Below, one piece after another: positions 9,738 through 18,483 of a stretch of 39,747 bases of DNA (position 1 is its first letter; every line of letters begins with the position of its first letter). The notes under the pieces are model-generated. The model saw nothing but the letters and a program-made list of their open reading frames with translations, was not told where the DNA came from and made no database searches. The DNA lies in contig JAHEQA010000047.1 of NCBI GenBank assembly GCA_019561615.1, forward strand, positions 1 through 39,747, given 5' to 3'. A program made the translations under genes and the position numbers. Source of the stretch: Methanothermococcus sp. SCGC AD-155-E23. Its GTDB lineage: Archaea; AGJL01; Methanococci; Methanococcales; Methanococcaceae.

Positions 9738-10662
9738 GGGCTCTCCACCTCCTGAGATAGTACAGCCCTATTAAATTCACAACAAGTCCTATAAGGAAGA
9801 GTACCAACCCTCCTGCATAGAGTGCAGAGGTCATGTACTTGTAGATGGGTGCATTTCCAAATTGATTTGCTATCAGGGAGGAGATAGTATATCCAGGGGC
9901 GAACAACTTGTAGGTTAAGTTGAAGGCGTTACCTATAACCAGGGATACTGCAACTGTCTCACCAAGAGCCCTACCAAATGCCAGTATAAACCCTGAGAGG
10001 ATTGCAGGTTTAATATACCCCAGTAGTACCTTTGTGGCCTCGTATCTCGTAGCCCCCAAGGCGTATAGGCCCTCCTTGTATACCGTAGGTATCATGGCGT
10101 AGGCCTCCCTTATAATGGCAGAGGCAAAGGGTATAACCATGATCCCTAGAAGTATACCTGCAGAGAGATAACAGAACCCTGTTAGAGGTGGGTAATCGAA
10201 GAGGGGTATAAAAGAGAAGTACTCGTAGAGGAACTTCATAATGTAGTCCCTGAGTATGGGGACAAGTATAAGTGCCCCCCATATACCGTATATAATAGTT
10301 GGTAATCCAGCCATGATATCTGATATAATGATAAGGGGGTACTTCAACGGTTTTGGGGCGTAGTCGTTTACATAGATGGCGTAGGCTATGGAGATGGGAA
10401 GTGCAAAGAGTATGGCTATCACTGCAGTATATATACTACCCCATATTGGGGCTGCCAAACCATATACCTCCTTACTAGCCTCCTCAGCTGCTATCCACAC
10501 ATTTTTTATAAAGAGGTCTATACCGTATCTCTCAATTGCTGGATAGGAGGATACAAAGTAGAAGACCAGCATAGAAACAAACAGTAAAAATACCACTATA
10601 ACTGCAGGCATTGTTATTATCTTGAACTCGTCAATCTTTCTTAAAATCTTCTTCAGGTCCAT
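9724..10662 (-). CDS. pstC: Phosphate ABC transporter permease PstC
   Basis: AGLPTIIYGIWG, EGLYALGATRYE and GRALGETVAV. Confidence 0.93.
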   Translation of the reverse strand: MDLKKILRKIDEFKIITMPAVIVVFLLFVSMLVFYFVSSYPAIERYGIDLFIKNVWIAAEEASKEVYGLAAPIWGSIYTAVIAILFALPISIAYAIYVNDYAPKPLKYPLIIISDIMAGLPTIIYGIWGALILVPILRDYIMKFLYEYFSFIPLFDYPPLTGFCYLSAGILLGIMVIPFASAIIREAYAMIPTVYKEGLYALGATRYEATKVLLGYIKPAILSGFILAFGRALGETVAVSLVIGNAFNLTYKLFAPGYTISSLIANQFGNAPIYKYMTSALYAGGLVLFLIGLVVNLIGLYYLRRWRAHVSH

Positions 10663-10711
10663 GGTATCAACCACTTAGAAATTAATATAAAAAATAAAAA
10701 AAGAGGAAGAA

Positions 10712-11875
10712 TTAATCTTTTATCATATCAACAGCCTTCAATCCAATCTGTGCAACCTCCTCTGGCAATCCTACATAACCCTCTGCCAGGTGCTCTGGTT
10801 TCTGTCCCTCAGTTAATACCCATCTCAGGAAGTCCTTGATAGCCTTAGCCTCCTCTGGAGTGTAGTGCTTGTAGTTTTTGTTCTCCCATACAAGGAAGTG
10901 TGTAAATGCCACAATTGGATAGGCCTTTTCACCTGGAGCGTCTAACAGCTGTTTTATATCCTCCTTGTAACCCTCTGTAGGATCTGGTATGTTGGTCTTA
11001 ACACCTGCAACAGCTGCCTGGATTGTCTCTGTTGTAGGCTCAACAAACTTACCCTCTCTGTTCTCTATAGCTGCAGTTGGTAGGTCGTTCTTAATGGTGT
11101 AGGACAACTCTGTGTATGCTATACTATAGGGGGTTTTTTTCAATGTGTTAATTACTCCAGGGTTACCCTTTCCTCCAACTCCTCTACCTATCTTATCAAC
11201 TGGCCAGTCAACAAGTTTTCCACTTCCTACCTTCTCAGCCCACTCCTTGCTTACCATACTTAGGAAGGTTGTGAATATGGCAGTGGTACCACTACTGTCA
11301 CTTCTGTGTACAACTATTATCTTCTCATGGGGCAATTTGTCGGCAACCTCAGGGTTCAACTTCTTTATCCTCTCGTCGTCCCAGTACTCGATCTTCCCTA
11401 GGAATATGTCTGCAAGTACATCCCTACTTAACTTTAAGGTATGCTTTCCAATCTCTGGAACGTTGTAGGTTATTACTACAGCTCCAACGATCTCAGGGAA
11501 CTGTAATGGCTGATCTCCAGTTTCTAAGAACTTCTTCCACATATCCTCCTTTACAGGTGGGTCAGTTCTTCCAATGTGTGTAAGTCCCATCAAGAAGTCC
11601 TTCTGCCCCTTTCCACTTCCTCCTCCCTCATACTCTATCTTTACATGTGGATTGATCTTCTGGTAGTCTGCTATCCACTTCTGTATCTGGTACTTTGGGA
11701 AGGTTGCTCCAGAGGTTCTAATTGTAACAGTCTTAGGAGGAGTGCTAGGTTGAACTTCTGGCTTAGTAGGAGTCTCTTGAGGCTGAGCCTTCTCCTGGGT
11801 GCCCATACATCCACTTAGGGATACTACAGGGACCAGGAGAAGTACCCCTAAAAGTAGAGCTACTATCTTCTTCAA
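10712..11875 (-). CDS. pstS: Phosphate ABC transporter substrate-binding lipoprotein PstS
   Basis: SGATFP, GGGSGKG, HRSDSSGTT, GKGNPGV and AYPI. TTG start follows AGGTGGT. Signal peptide MKKIVALLLGVLLLVPVVSLSGC ends in a lipobox. Confidence 0.95.
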   Translation of the reverse strand: MKKIVALLLGVLLLVPVVSLSGCMGTQEKAQPQETPTKPEVQPSTPPKTVTIRTSGATFPKYQIQKWIADYQKINPHVKIEYEGGGSGKGQKDFLMGLTHIGRTDPPVKEDMWKKFLETGDQPLQFPEIVGAVVITYNVPEIGKHTLKLSRDVLADIFLGKIEYWDDERIKKLNPEVADKLPHEKIIVVHRSDSSGTTAIFTTFLSMVSKEWAEKVGSGKLVDWPVDKIGRGVGGKGNPGVINTLKKTPYSIAYTELSYTIKNDLPTAAIENREGKFVEPTTETIQAAVAGVKTNIPDPTEGYKEDIKQLLDAPGEKAYPIVAFTHFLVWENKNYKHYTPEEAKAIKDFLRWVLTEGQKPEHLAEGYVGLPEEVAQIGLKAVDMIKD

Positions 11876-11901
11876 AATACCACCTATTTGCCCTTTTAAC
11901 A
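11759..11901. repeat. Direct repeat copy 1 (143 bp; pstS 5'UTR plus signal peptide/linker codons)
   Basis: Identical to 12684-12826 except for one A/G difference. Confidence 0.97.
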
Positions 11902-11925
11902 TTTAGCTATTTGGACATAAAATTC

Positions 11926-11939
11926 TATATAAAATTTTC
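11926..11939 (-). promoter_or_regulatory. BRE/TATA promoter of the pst operon
   Basis: Minus strand reads GAAAAT TTTATATA, ~50 nt upstream of the TTG start. Confidence 0.7.
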
Positions 11940-11996
11940 TATTAGTGAACATTATTTCATAAAATGTGAAATACTACATATAAAAAAAATAGGGGA

Positions 11997-12800
11997 TTAA
12001 CCCTTGTATTGCTCCAAGGGGATAAAAGTATCCTTCTCCTGGTCGTAATATTCAATCTCTCCAGTCCTTATATTGAAGTACCATCCATGTATAGAGAGCT
12101 CCCCATTTTCTACCCTTCTCTTTACCCCTGGATATGTCATAAGGTTTTTAATCTGGAACTTTATGGAGGTCTTCTCAGTAAGTTCTGCAAGTTTCTCTTT
12201 ATCCACTGTCTTATTCCCGATCTCCTTTAAAACATACTCCTTAACTGGTTCTGCCACTTTTAACCACTTTTTTATAGCCATCATTTCAGGATCCTCTGGG
12301 ATATCTTGGTAGAGTGCTTTACAGGCTCCACACTGTGAGTGACCACAGACTATGATATGCTCCACTTCTAACACAGAAACTGCATACTCTATTGCCGATG
12401 CAACACCACTGTACTCTAGGGCAGATTCATGAGGTGGCACAAAGTTCCCTATAACTCTCAGAACAAAAAGATCCCCAGGATCACTTTTTGTTATTATACT
12501 TGGGACAACCCGTGAGTCACTACATGTGATGAAGAATACCTTTGGTTTTTGACCCTCTTCAGCCAACTTGGCGAATAACTCTTTATTTTTTTCATAGTAG
12601 TCCTTTCTATACTCCATATAGTTTTTTATTAGTGTTTTCAGATCTTTACCTTCCACGTTTACAACCTCTTCTTTATTTTTAGTTGGCTTAGTAGGGGTCT
12701 CTTGAGGCTGAGCCTTCTCCTGGGTGCCCATACATCCACTTAGGGATACTACAGGGACCAGGAGAAGTACCCCTAAAAGTAGAGCTACTATCTTCTTCAA
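11997..12800 (-). CDS. Beta-class carbonic anhydrase (CynT/Can-like) carrying a PstS-type lipoprotein signal peptide
   Basis: Zn-ligand motifs ITCSDSRV and IIVCGHSQCGAC, plus GQKP, PGDLFVLRVIGN, SAIEYAV and HGWYFNIRTG. N-terminus is identical to PstS up to QETPTKP. Confidence 0.93.
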   Translation of the reverse strand: MKKIVALLLGVLLLVPVVSLSGCMGTQEKAQPQETPTKPTKNKEEVVNVEGKDLKTLIKNYMEYRKDYYEKNKELFAKLAEEGQKPKVFFITCSDSRVVPSIITKSDPGDLFVLRVIGNFVPPHESALEYSGVASAIEYAVSVLEVEHIIVCGHSQCGACKALYQDIPEDPEMMAIKKWLKVAEPVKEYVLKEIGNKTVDKEKLAELTEKTSIKFQIKNLMTYPGVKRRVENGELSIHGWYFNIRTGEIEYYDQEKDTFIPLEQYKG

Positions 12801-12826
12801 AATACCACCTATTTGCCCTTTTAACA
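12684..12826. repeat. Direct repeat copy 2 (143 bp)
   Basis: Matches 11759-11901 with one mismatch; offset 925 bp. Confidence 0.97.
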
Positions 12827-12848
12827 CTTATCTATTTGGTCATGATTG

Positions 12849-12885
12849 TATATAAAGTTTTCCACAGGAATAATATTATTCGTGG
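12849..12885 (-). promoter_or_regulatory. BRE/TATA promoter of the carbonic anhydrase gene with adjacent palindromic operator candidate
   Basis: Minus strand reads GAAAAC TTTATATA at 12862-12849. Perfect palindrome GAATAATATTATTC at 12868-12881 is flanked by CCAC/GTGG. Confidence 0.6.
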
Positions 12886-12964
12886 CGAATAGTTCATTAA
12901 ATATGTAAATTTAAAATAAATAATAAGAGAGAAACCATAAAAAAGGCATATAGGAGGGATAGGG

Positions 12965-13822
12965 ATGATAGCCACCTTAAAAGTACTACTGTTGATGGCT
13001 CTACTGACGGGAATACTCTATGGAGCATGTTTGCTATTTAACATCCATCCTCTAATAGCTCTAATAATAGCACTGATACCTAACCTTATTGCCTACTTCT
13101 TCAGTGACAAGATAGTACTTATGAGTTATGGGGCAAGGATAGTAGATGAGAGGGAGGCACCTTATCTCCACAGGATTGTGGAGAGGGTGGCAAGGAGGGC
13201 AGGTATTCCAAAACCTAAGGTAGCTATAATAGATACACCTACTCCAAACGCCTTCGCAACAGGTAGAAGTCCAAAACATGGGGTGGTGGCAGTTACCACA
13301 GGTATTATGAACCTCCTTAACTCCCAGGAGTTGGAGGGAGTAATTGCCCATGAGATAAGCCATATAAAAAATAGAGATATCCTAATAGGTACCATAGTGG
13401 CTGTACTTGCAGGGGCTATCGTCTACCTTGCAGAGATGCTCCAGTGGGGACTGTTATTTGGATTTAGTAGGGAAGATGAAGATAACCCCCTGGAGTTCAT
13501 AGGTTCCATACTCTTTATGATATTTGCACCTATTGCTGCAACCCTGATACAGTTTGCCATCTCTAGGCAGATGGAGTTCCGTGCAGATGAGGGTGGAGCT
13601 AGATACTCCCATCCCCTCTATCTAGCAAATGCCCTGGTTAAACTTGAAAAAGGAGTAAGTATGTACCCCCTAGAGAAGGGTAATCCAGCAACTGCACATC
13701 TCTTTATAGTAAATCCCTTTAGAGATGAGACTATAATGAAACTCTTCTCCACACATCCACCTACAGAGGAGAGAGTAAGAAGACTCCTTGAGATGGCAAA
13801 AAATCTAGGATACAGGAGATAG
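12965..13822 (+). CDS. htpX: Zinc metalloprotease HtpX (M48)
   Basis: PNAFATG, HEISH zinc motif, [10 protein letters not shown] and [11 protein letters not shown]. Confidence 0.95.
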   Translation: MIATLKVLLLMALLTGILYGACLLFNIHPLIALIIALIPNLIAYFFSDKIVLMSYGARIVDEREAPYLHRIVERVARRAGIPKPKVAIIDTPTPNAFATGRSPKHGVVAVTTGIMNLLNSQELEGVIAHEISHIKNRDILIGTIVAVLAGAIVYLAEMLQWGLLFGFSREDEDNPLEFIGSILFMIFAPIAATLIQFAISRQMEFRADEGGARYSHPLYLANALVKLEKGVSMYPLEKGNPATAHLFIVNPFRDETIMKLFSTHPPTEERVRRLLEMAKNLGYRR

Positions 13823-13855
13823 GGTGTTAATCCCCTGTGTAATACCTCTATTTCC

Positions 13856-13869
13856 GAAAAATTTATATA
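13856..13869 (+). promoter_or_regulatory. BRE/TATA promoter of the histone gene
   Basis: CGAAAAA TTTATATA upstream of the GAGGTGA RBS and ATG at 13915. Confidence 0.7.
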
Positions 13870-13914
13870 TATCCTTTTTAAGACTTAAAAATATAAAGTA
13901 AAAGAGGTGATGGA

Positions 13915-14136
13915 ATGGCAAAGCTTCCAGTTGCACCAGTGGCAAGGATATTAAAGGAGGCAGGTGCAGAGAGGGTAAGTGAAAAGGCTGCCAAGGCATT
14001 AGTGGAGGCACTCGAGGAAATAGCAATGGAGATTGCTAAGGGGGCTGTAGAGTTGGCAAAACATGCCAACAGGAAGACAGTTAAAGAGGAAGATGTAAGA
14101 ATGGCCCTAAAGATGATAGTAAACAAGGGCGAATAA
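13915..14136 (+). CDS. Archaeal histone (HMf family)
   Basis: [19 protein letters not shown]...[14 protein letters not shown] histone-fold signature; followed by a T-tract terminator. Confidence 0.96.
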   Translation: MAKLPVAPVARILKEAGAERVSEKAAKALVEALEEIAMEIAKGAVELAKHANRKTVKEEDVRMALKMIVNKGE

Positions 14137-14213
14137 CTCTTCTTTTTTTATAAGTTTCCATTTTTACAATATAGTCAAACTTCTATATAAAGATACCTCA
14201 GGGTAGTGTTATA

Positions 14214-17200
14214 TTATATCCTATCACATATAGCTTTTAGGGAGTGTAACACCTGGATATAATCCATCTCTCCCCTCTCTATTTTATCCATAACCTCCTC
14301 CAGTTCCCTTGTTTTCTCCTCGGATATAAGATGTGGATAGTGTGTAATAAGGTAGTTGTAAACCTCTATTCCCAACTTTGTAGGTATCAACTTACCTTTG
14401 TTCTTACTCTTTATCACGTAACCCCTATCTAACAACTTCTTTATTATCTGGGCATAGGTGGAGGGTCTTCCTATACCCCTCTCCTTCATAAGTTTTACAA
14501 CCTCTCCCTCGTCGTAAAGTGGCACCTTGTTTACCTTCCTTATACGGTACTCTAAAACCTTCAATCTATTCTTCTCAATCCTTGGGAGTTTTCTCAACTT
14601 CAAGTTGTAGATCCTACTCCAACCGTCAAACTCCACATCTACATAACCTTCTATCCTCTCCTCCACATCCTTTATATACAACTCCTGATAGAGTAAGATA
14701 GCCTCCTTCATCTGGGAGGCCATAAACCTTCTAAATATAAGGTCGTATACCCTTATGTGGTTTCTACTTAGGCTTATGTTGTTCTCCTTGATGAACTCTA
14801 TAAGTTCTCCAGTATCCATAGGTTTTGTGGGCCTTATACACTCATGTGGCCCCTCCATGTAAAACTCCCTGTTCTTCAGGTAATCCTCCAAGTTGGATAA
14901 CTTTAGATACTCCCTTGCAACCCTCATACCATCTAGGGATACCCTTGTGGAGGAGGTTCTATGGTAGGTAGTTAATCCCAGTTCAAAGAGGTCCTGAGCT
15001 ATCTTCATAACCTCTTCTGTACTTAAGTAGAACTTCTTTGTAGCCTCCTCCAGAAGGGTATCTGTGGTGAAGGGAGGTAGTGGGGGAACCTCTTTCTTAT
15101 AGAGTTTTACCTCAACCTCTACTTCATCCCCTTTGAAGTCACCCTCCCACACCTTCCCAAGGTATATATCGTACTCCAGTCTTAGGGAGAGGTAAGGTAC
15201 CTTCTTCTTATGTTCCTTATACCTCTCTATTATCCAGCCTAGAACTGGTGTCTGCACCCTACCTGCAGAGAGGTAGTTCTTCTTGAAGACCTCCCACAGC
15301 TTCTGACTAAGTTTAAACCCTATCCACCTATCCTCTATCCTTCTAACTAACTGACTCTTCACCTTGTTCTCATCTAACTTTAACTCCTCACCTCTTCTGT
15401 ATGCCTCCACAGCCCTTAAAATTGCCCTTCTAGTTATCTCGTTAAACCCTATCCTGTAGATGTTTTTGTTAAAGGGTAGTACATTTAGACCTATGTCATA
15501 TCCTATCTTCTCCCCCTCAGTATCGATATCTGTGGCTATAAATATTCCATCTACCTCATCTGCAATCTCCCTTATGGTCTCGATGTTATCCCTACAGTTT
15601 ATCAGGTTTACCCTCTCTCCCCTCTCCATCAACTCCTTAATTATCTCCTCTATATCTTTCTGATCAGTTATCTGCTCCCCATTTATCTTCCTTAGAGCCA
15701 TATAGATGGGGATATAGAGGTTATCCTCTATCTTTACCCCGTAGTATCCCTCCTTGGTAACCAGGTCAAAGATATGACCGCCACTGGCAGTTATTATTAG
15801 GTTTATATCTCCCATACACACCTCGTAAACATTTATACCTCTGATCTTTCTCCTTGAGGGTCTTCCAAAGAAACTTGCTATTGTCCTAGCCTTGTTTGGA
15901 CTCTCTACAACCATGAGGATGGACTTCAATAGATCAGGTACCTTACCCCTCTTCATACCTAGCTTAATCCTCTCCCTGTCCTCCTCTATCTTCTTTATCA
16001 ACTCCTCAAAGTTAACCTCTTTAGCACTTTTAAATTCACTTTCGTAGTTAAACAGCATATACTTTTTAACACTTTCAAACAACTTCCAGTCATCTACCAG
16101 TAGTATGGAGGCTCCCTTTGTTAGACCAAACTCTGTCATTCTGGAGGTTCTACCAGAGGCCTGGATATAGGTTTTTATATCTGGTATAAGTAGGTAGATC
16201 TCATCCTCTTCAACCCTTAGAGAGAAGTTCTTCAACTTTAAATTCCTCTTTAGAATCTCCTCTATCTCCTCTAGGGACTTCCCCTCTATCTTAACCTCTA
16301 TCCCTCTACTCTCCCTTACCTTCTCCAGGTACTCCCTCAGTTTAAACTTCATCTTTGGAATGCCGTAGAATAGGGCGTATCTCACCCTCTCAGGCATATC
16401 CAATCCTCTAACTAGAACCCCGTAGTAGGATGCAACCCCTATAAGTACATCTATCTTACCCTCCCTGAACTCCTCAAAGCCCTCCTTATCCTTTGAATGG
16501 ATAAGCTTGACCTTTATGTTGTGCTCCCTTAAAAGGTTTTCAATATCCCTTGCCATCTCCAAGCCGTAATCCTGGGATACAAATACAAGGCCACCTGTAC
16601 CTAAGAGTTTAACGTACTCTAAAACCTTCTCCATACCTATCTCGTCGTATATATCAACAACGTCTCTCAACTTGTTTATACCGTATCCAACTTCAAAGTC
16701 CAACAACTCCCTGTATAACTTTACCCTGTCTCCATAACTCTTTCCAGTTGCAGATGCAATAACTATACATCCATGTTTAATACCCTCTATCTTCTTTTTC
16801 AACTTCTCCCTAAGTTCTAGGGCCTCCTCGAATCTCTTCCTCCTCATAAGTAGTATAATCCTGTAGGCCTCCTCTATCAACTCCTTACTGAAACCTAGAA
16901 GTATTAAAGTTCTATCTATATTCCTGGAGGATTTTAAAAGGGCGTCCACGTCATCTACGAATATAAAGTCAAAGGTTGTATTGGGCATATTCCTGGTGAG
17001 ATAGTTGGAGGTTGTAATGAGCACCTGAAAGTCCCCCTTCTCTATCCTCTCCTTAACCTCCCTCTTCTCCCTCTCACTTAACTCTGAGTGATAACATACC
17101 ACCTTGATTTTATCCCCTACAAGGGATATTGCCCTCTCGTAGGTCTGTTTAACTAGGAGGGTAGTGGGGAGGATTATATAGCACCTCTTCCCCCTACTTG

Positions 17201-17552
17201 CCAGGTAGAGGCTCATAATTACTCCGAAGAAACTCTTACCAACACCAGTGGGTGCAACGATGGAGAAACTTTTATTCTTCAAAACCCTCTTGGCCCACAT
17301 CTTCTGAATACTTAGAAGCTCATAACCTAACTCTTTACAGAATTTCTCAAAATTCTTAAACTCATTCCAAACCTTACAGTAATCCTTTAGCTTATCCAAC
17401 TTATTTTCCTCTCGTAGTTTCCTACAGAGATCCAACTTGGAGTACTCTCCCTCCTCCTCCAGGCATCTCTCACATACCCCTACCTCCAACCTACTACTGT
17501 AGATCTCTTCAAAGCAGTTGGGACACATCTCCTTGTATATAATAGGTATCAT
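14214..17552 (-). CDS. rgy: Reverse gyrase
   Basis: N-terminal Zn finger CPNC...CERC; helicase-like APTGVGKS, DDVD, RGLDMP and QASGRTSR; topoisomerase IA VESPNKA, ATDIDTEGE, SAGRVQTP, catalytic TYHRT and GIGRPSTY. Confidence 0.97.
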   Translation of the reverse strand: MIPIIYKEMCPNCFEEIYSSRLEVGVCERCLEEEGEYSKLDLCRKLREENKLDKLKDYCKVWNEFKNFEKFCKELGYELLSIQKMWAKRVLKNKSFSIVAPTGVGKSFFGVIMSLYLASRGKRCYIILPTTLLVKQTYERAISLVGDKIKVVCYHSELSEREKREVKERIEKGDFQVLITTSNYLTRNMPNTTFDFIFVDDVDALLKSSRNIDRTLILLGFSKELIEEAYRIILLMRRKRFEEALELREKLKKKIEGIKHGCIVIASATGKSYGDRVKLYRELLDFEVGYGINKLRDVVDIYDEIGMEKVLEYVKLLGTGGLVFVSQDYGLEMARDIENLLREHNIKVKLIHSKDKEGFEEFREGKIDVLIGVASYYGVLVRGLDMPERVRYALFYGIPKMKFKLREYLEKVRESRGIEVKIEGKSLEEIEEILKRNLKLKNFSLRVEEDEIYLLIPDIKTYIQASGRTSRMTEFGLTKGASILLVDDWKLFESVKKYMLFNYESEFKSAKEVNFEELIKKIEEDRERIKLGMKRGKVPDLLKSILMVVESPNKARTIASFFGRPSRRKIRGINVYEVCMGDINLIITASGGHIFDLVTKEGYYGVKIEDNLYIPIYMALRKINGEQITDQKDIEEIIKELMERGERVNLINCRDNIETIREIADEVDGIFIATDIDTEGEKIGYDIGLNVLPFNKNIYRIGFNEITRRAILRAVEAYRRGEELKLDENKVKSQLVRRIEDRWIGFKLSQKLWEVFKKNYLSAGRVQTPVLGWIIERYKEHKKKVPYLSLRLEYDIYLGKVWEGDFKGDEVEVEVKLYKKEVPPLPPFTTDTLLEEATKKFYLSTEEVMKIAQDLFELGLTTYHRTSSTRVSLDGMRVAREYLKLSNLEDYLKNREFYMEGPHECIRPTKPMDTGELIEFIKENNISLSRNHIRVYDLIFRRFMASQMKEAILLYQELYIKDVEERIEGYVDVEFDGWSRIYNLKLRKLPRIEKNRLKVLEYRIRKVNKVPLYDEGEVVKLMKERGIGRPSTYAQIIKKLLDRGYVIKSKNKGKLIPTKLGIEVYNYLITHYPHLISEEKTRELEEVMDKIERGEMDYIQVLHSLKAICDRI

Positions 17553-17561
17553 GGATAACAC

Positions 17562-18455
17562 CTATAACTTTTCTAAAACCTCTCCCAGTTTCTTTATAAA
17601 TTCTTCCTTCTCCTTCTCTCCCACGTCATCTCTAACAGGGATAACTATAATTTCCTTGGAGGGGAGCCTTATAGAGGCCCTAAATCTACCGTCTTTCCTG
17701 GCCACTTCTGTAATCCTCTCATTGTATATATATAGTTTGTCTAGAAGGTCCTCTGTTACCAGGGCATCGTTGTCACAGTACTGTAGTGGACATCCCTCCC
17801 TCCAGAACCCCCATCTATCTCCAGCCTCATGCACCCTCCTAACCTCTATCTTGTAGTACTCTACAAGTTTCAGTATGTCCTCGTATCCACATCTTATAAG
17901 GGGTCTGAAAAAGAGAAAGTTATACCTCTTAGGTACTGGTGTTAACTCCATCTTCTCAAACCTTACCTCCCCATATTTCTCCTTTAGATACTGCATAATA
18001 GGACCTGAGATCTTCTCTACAGAGGTATCCCCAGTCATTATCACCTTAGCCCCCTCCTTCCTAGCTATCCTTACAGCCTTTGTCTTCATTATACTCTTGC
18101 AGATACGACATATACTTCTACCCTTTGCCCCCTTAGTCCTCCTCTTTAGATCCTCTGTAATGTCGTAAAACTTTATGGGAACCTGGAACCTCTCTGCTAT
18201 TCTCTTAGCCTCCTCCCTGGAGAGCTGCCAACTCCACCTATGGGTAAAGTGGATAGCCAGGGAGACGTTAAGACCTAGATCCTTGGCCAACGCCAGGGCT
18301 GTAGCACTGTCCTTTCCCCCACTGAGCATACACACTATCTTCTCATCTAAAACTCCCCACTCCTGGAAATTCCTTATAATGTCCTCCTTCAACTGCTTTA
18401 AATCCCTTAACTTCCTGTAATTTCTCGTCCACTCTGAAAATAGGATGTTCTCCAT
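17562..18455 (-). CDS. PP-loop ATPase (AANH superfamily) with Cys motifs, distantly TtcA/TtuA-like; function unknown
   Basis: LSGGKDS PP-loop, CRIC, MTGD, RPL and EGCPLQYC. Confidence 0.75.
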   Translation of the reverse strand: MENILFSEWTRNYRKLRDLKQLKEDIIRNFQEWGVLDEKIVCMLSGGKDSATALALAKDLGLNVSLAIHFTHRWSWQLSREEAKRIAERFQVPIKFYDITEDLKRRTKGAKGRSICRICKSIMKTKAVRIARKEGAKVIMTGDTSVEKISGPIMQYLKEKYGEVRFEKMELTPVPKRYNFLFFRPLIRCGYEDILKLVEYYKIEVRRVHEAGDRWGFWREGCPLQYCDNDALVTEDLLDKLYIYNERITEVARKDGRFRASIRLPSKEIIVIPVRDDVGEKEKEEFIKKLGEVLEKL

Positions 18456-18483
18456 ATTCCCACATCAACAATTTTAAAAAAGT

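Noticed and set aside
11876-11902. N-terminal extension MLKGQIGGI on PstS (and the same at 12801-12827 on the CA)
   Set aside because: This stretch contains the AGGTGGT RBS. The TTG at 11875/12800 gives a canonical MKK-hydrophobic-LSGC signal peptide.
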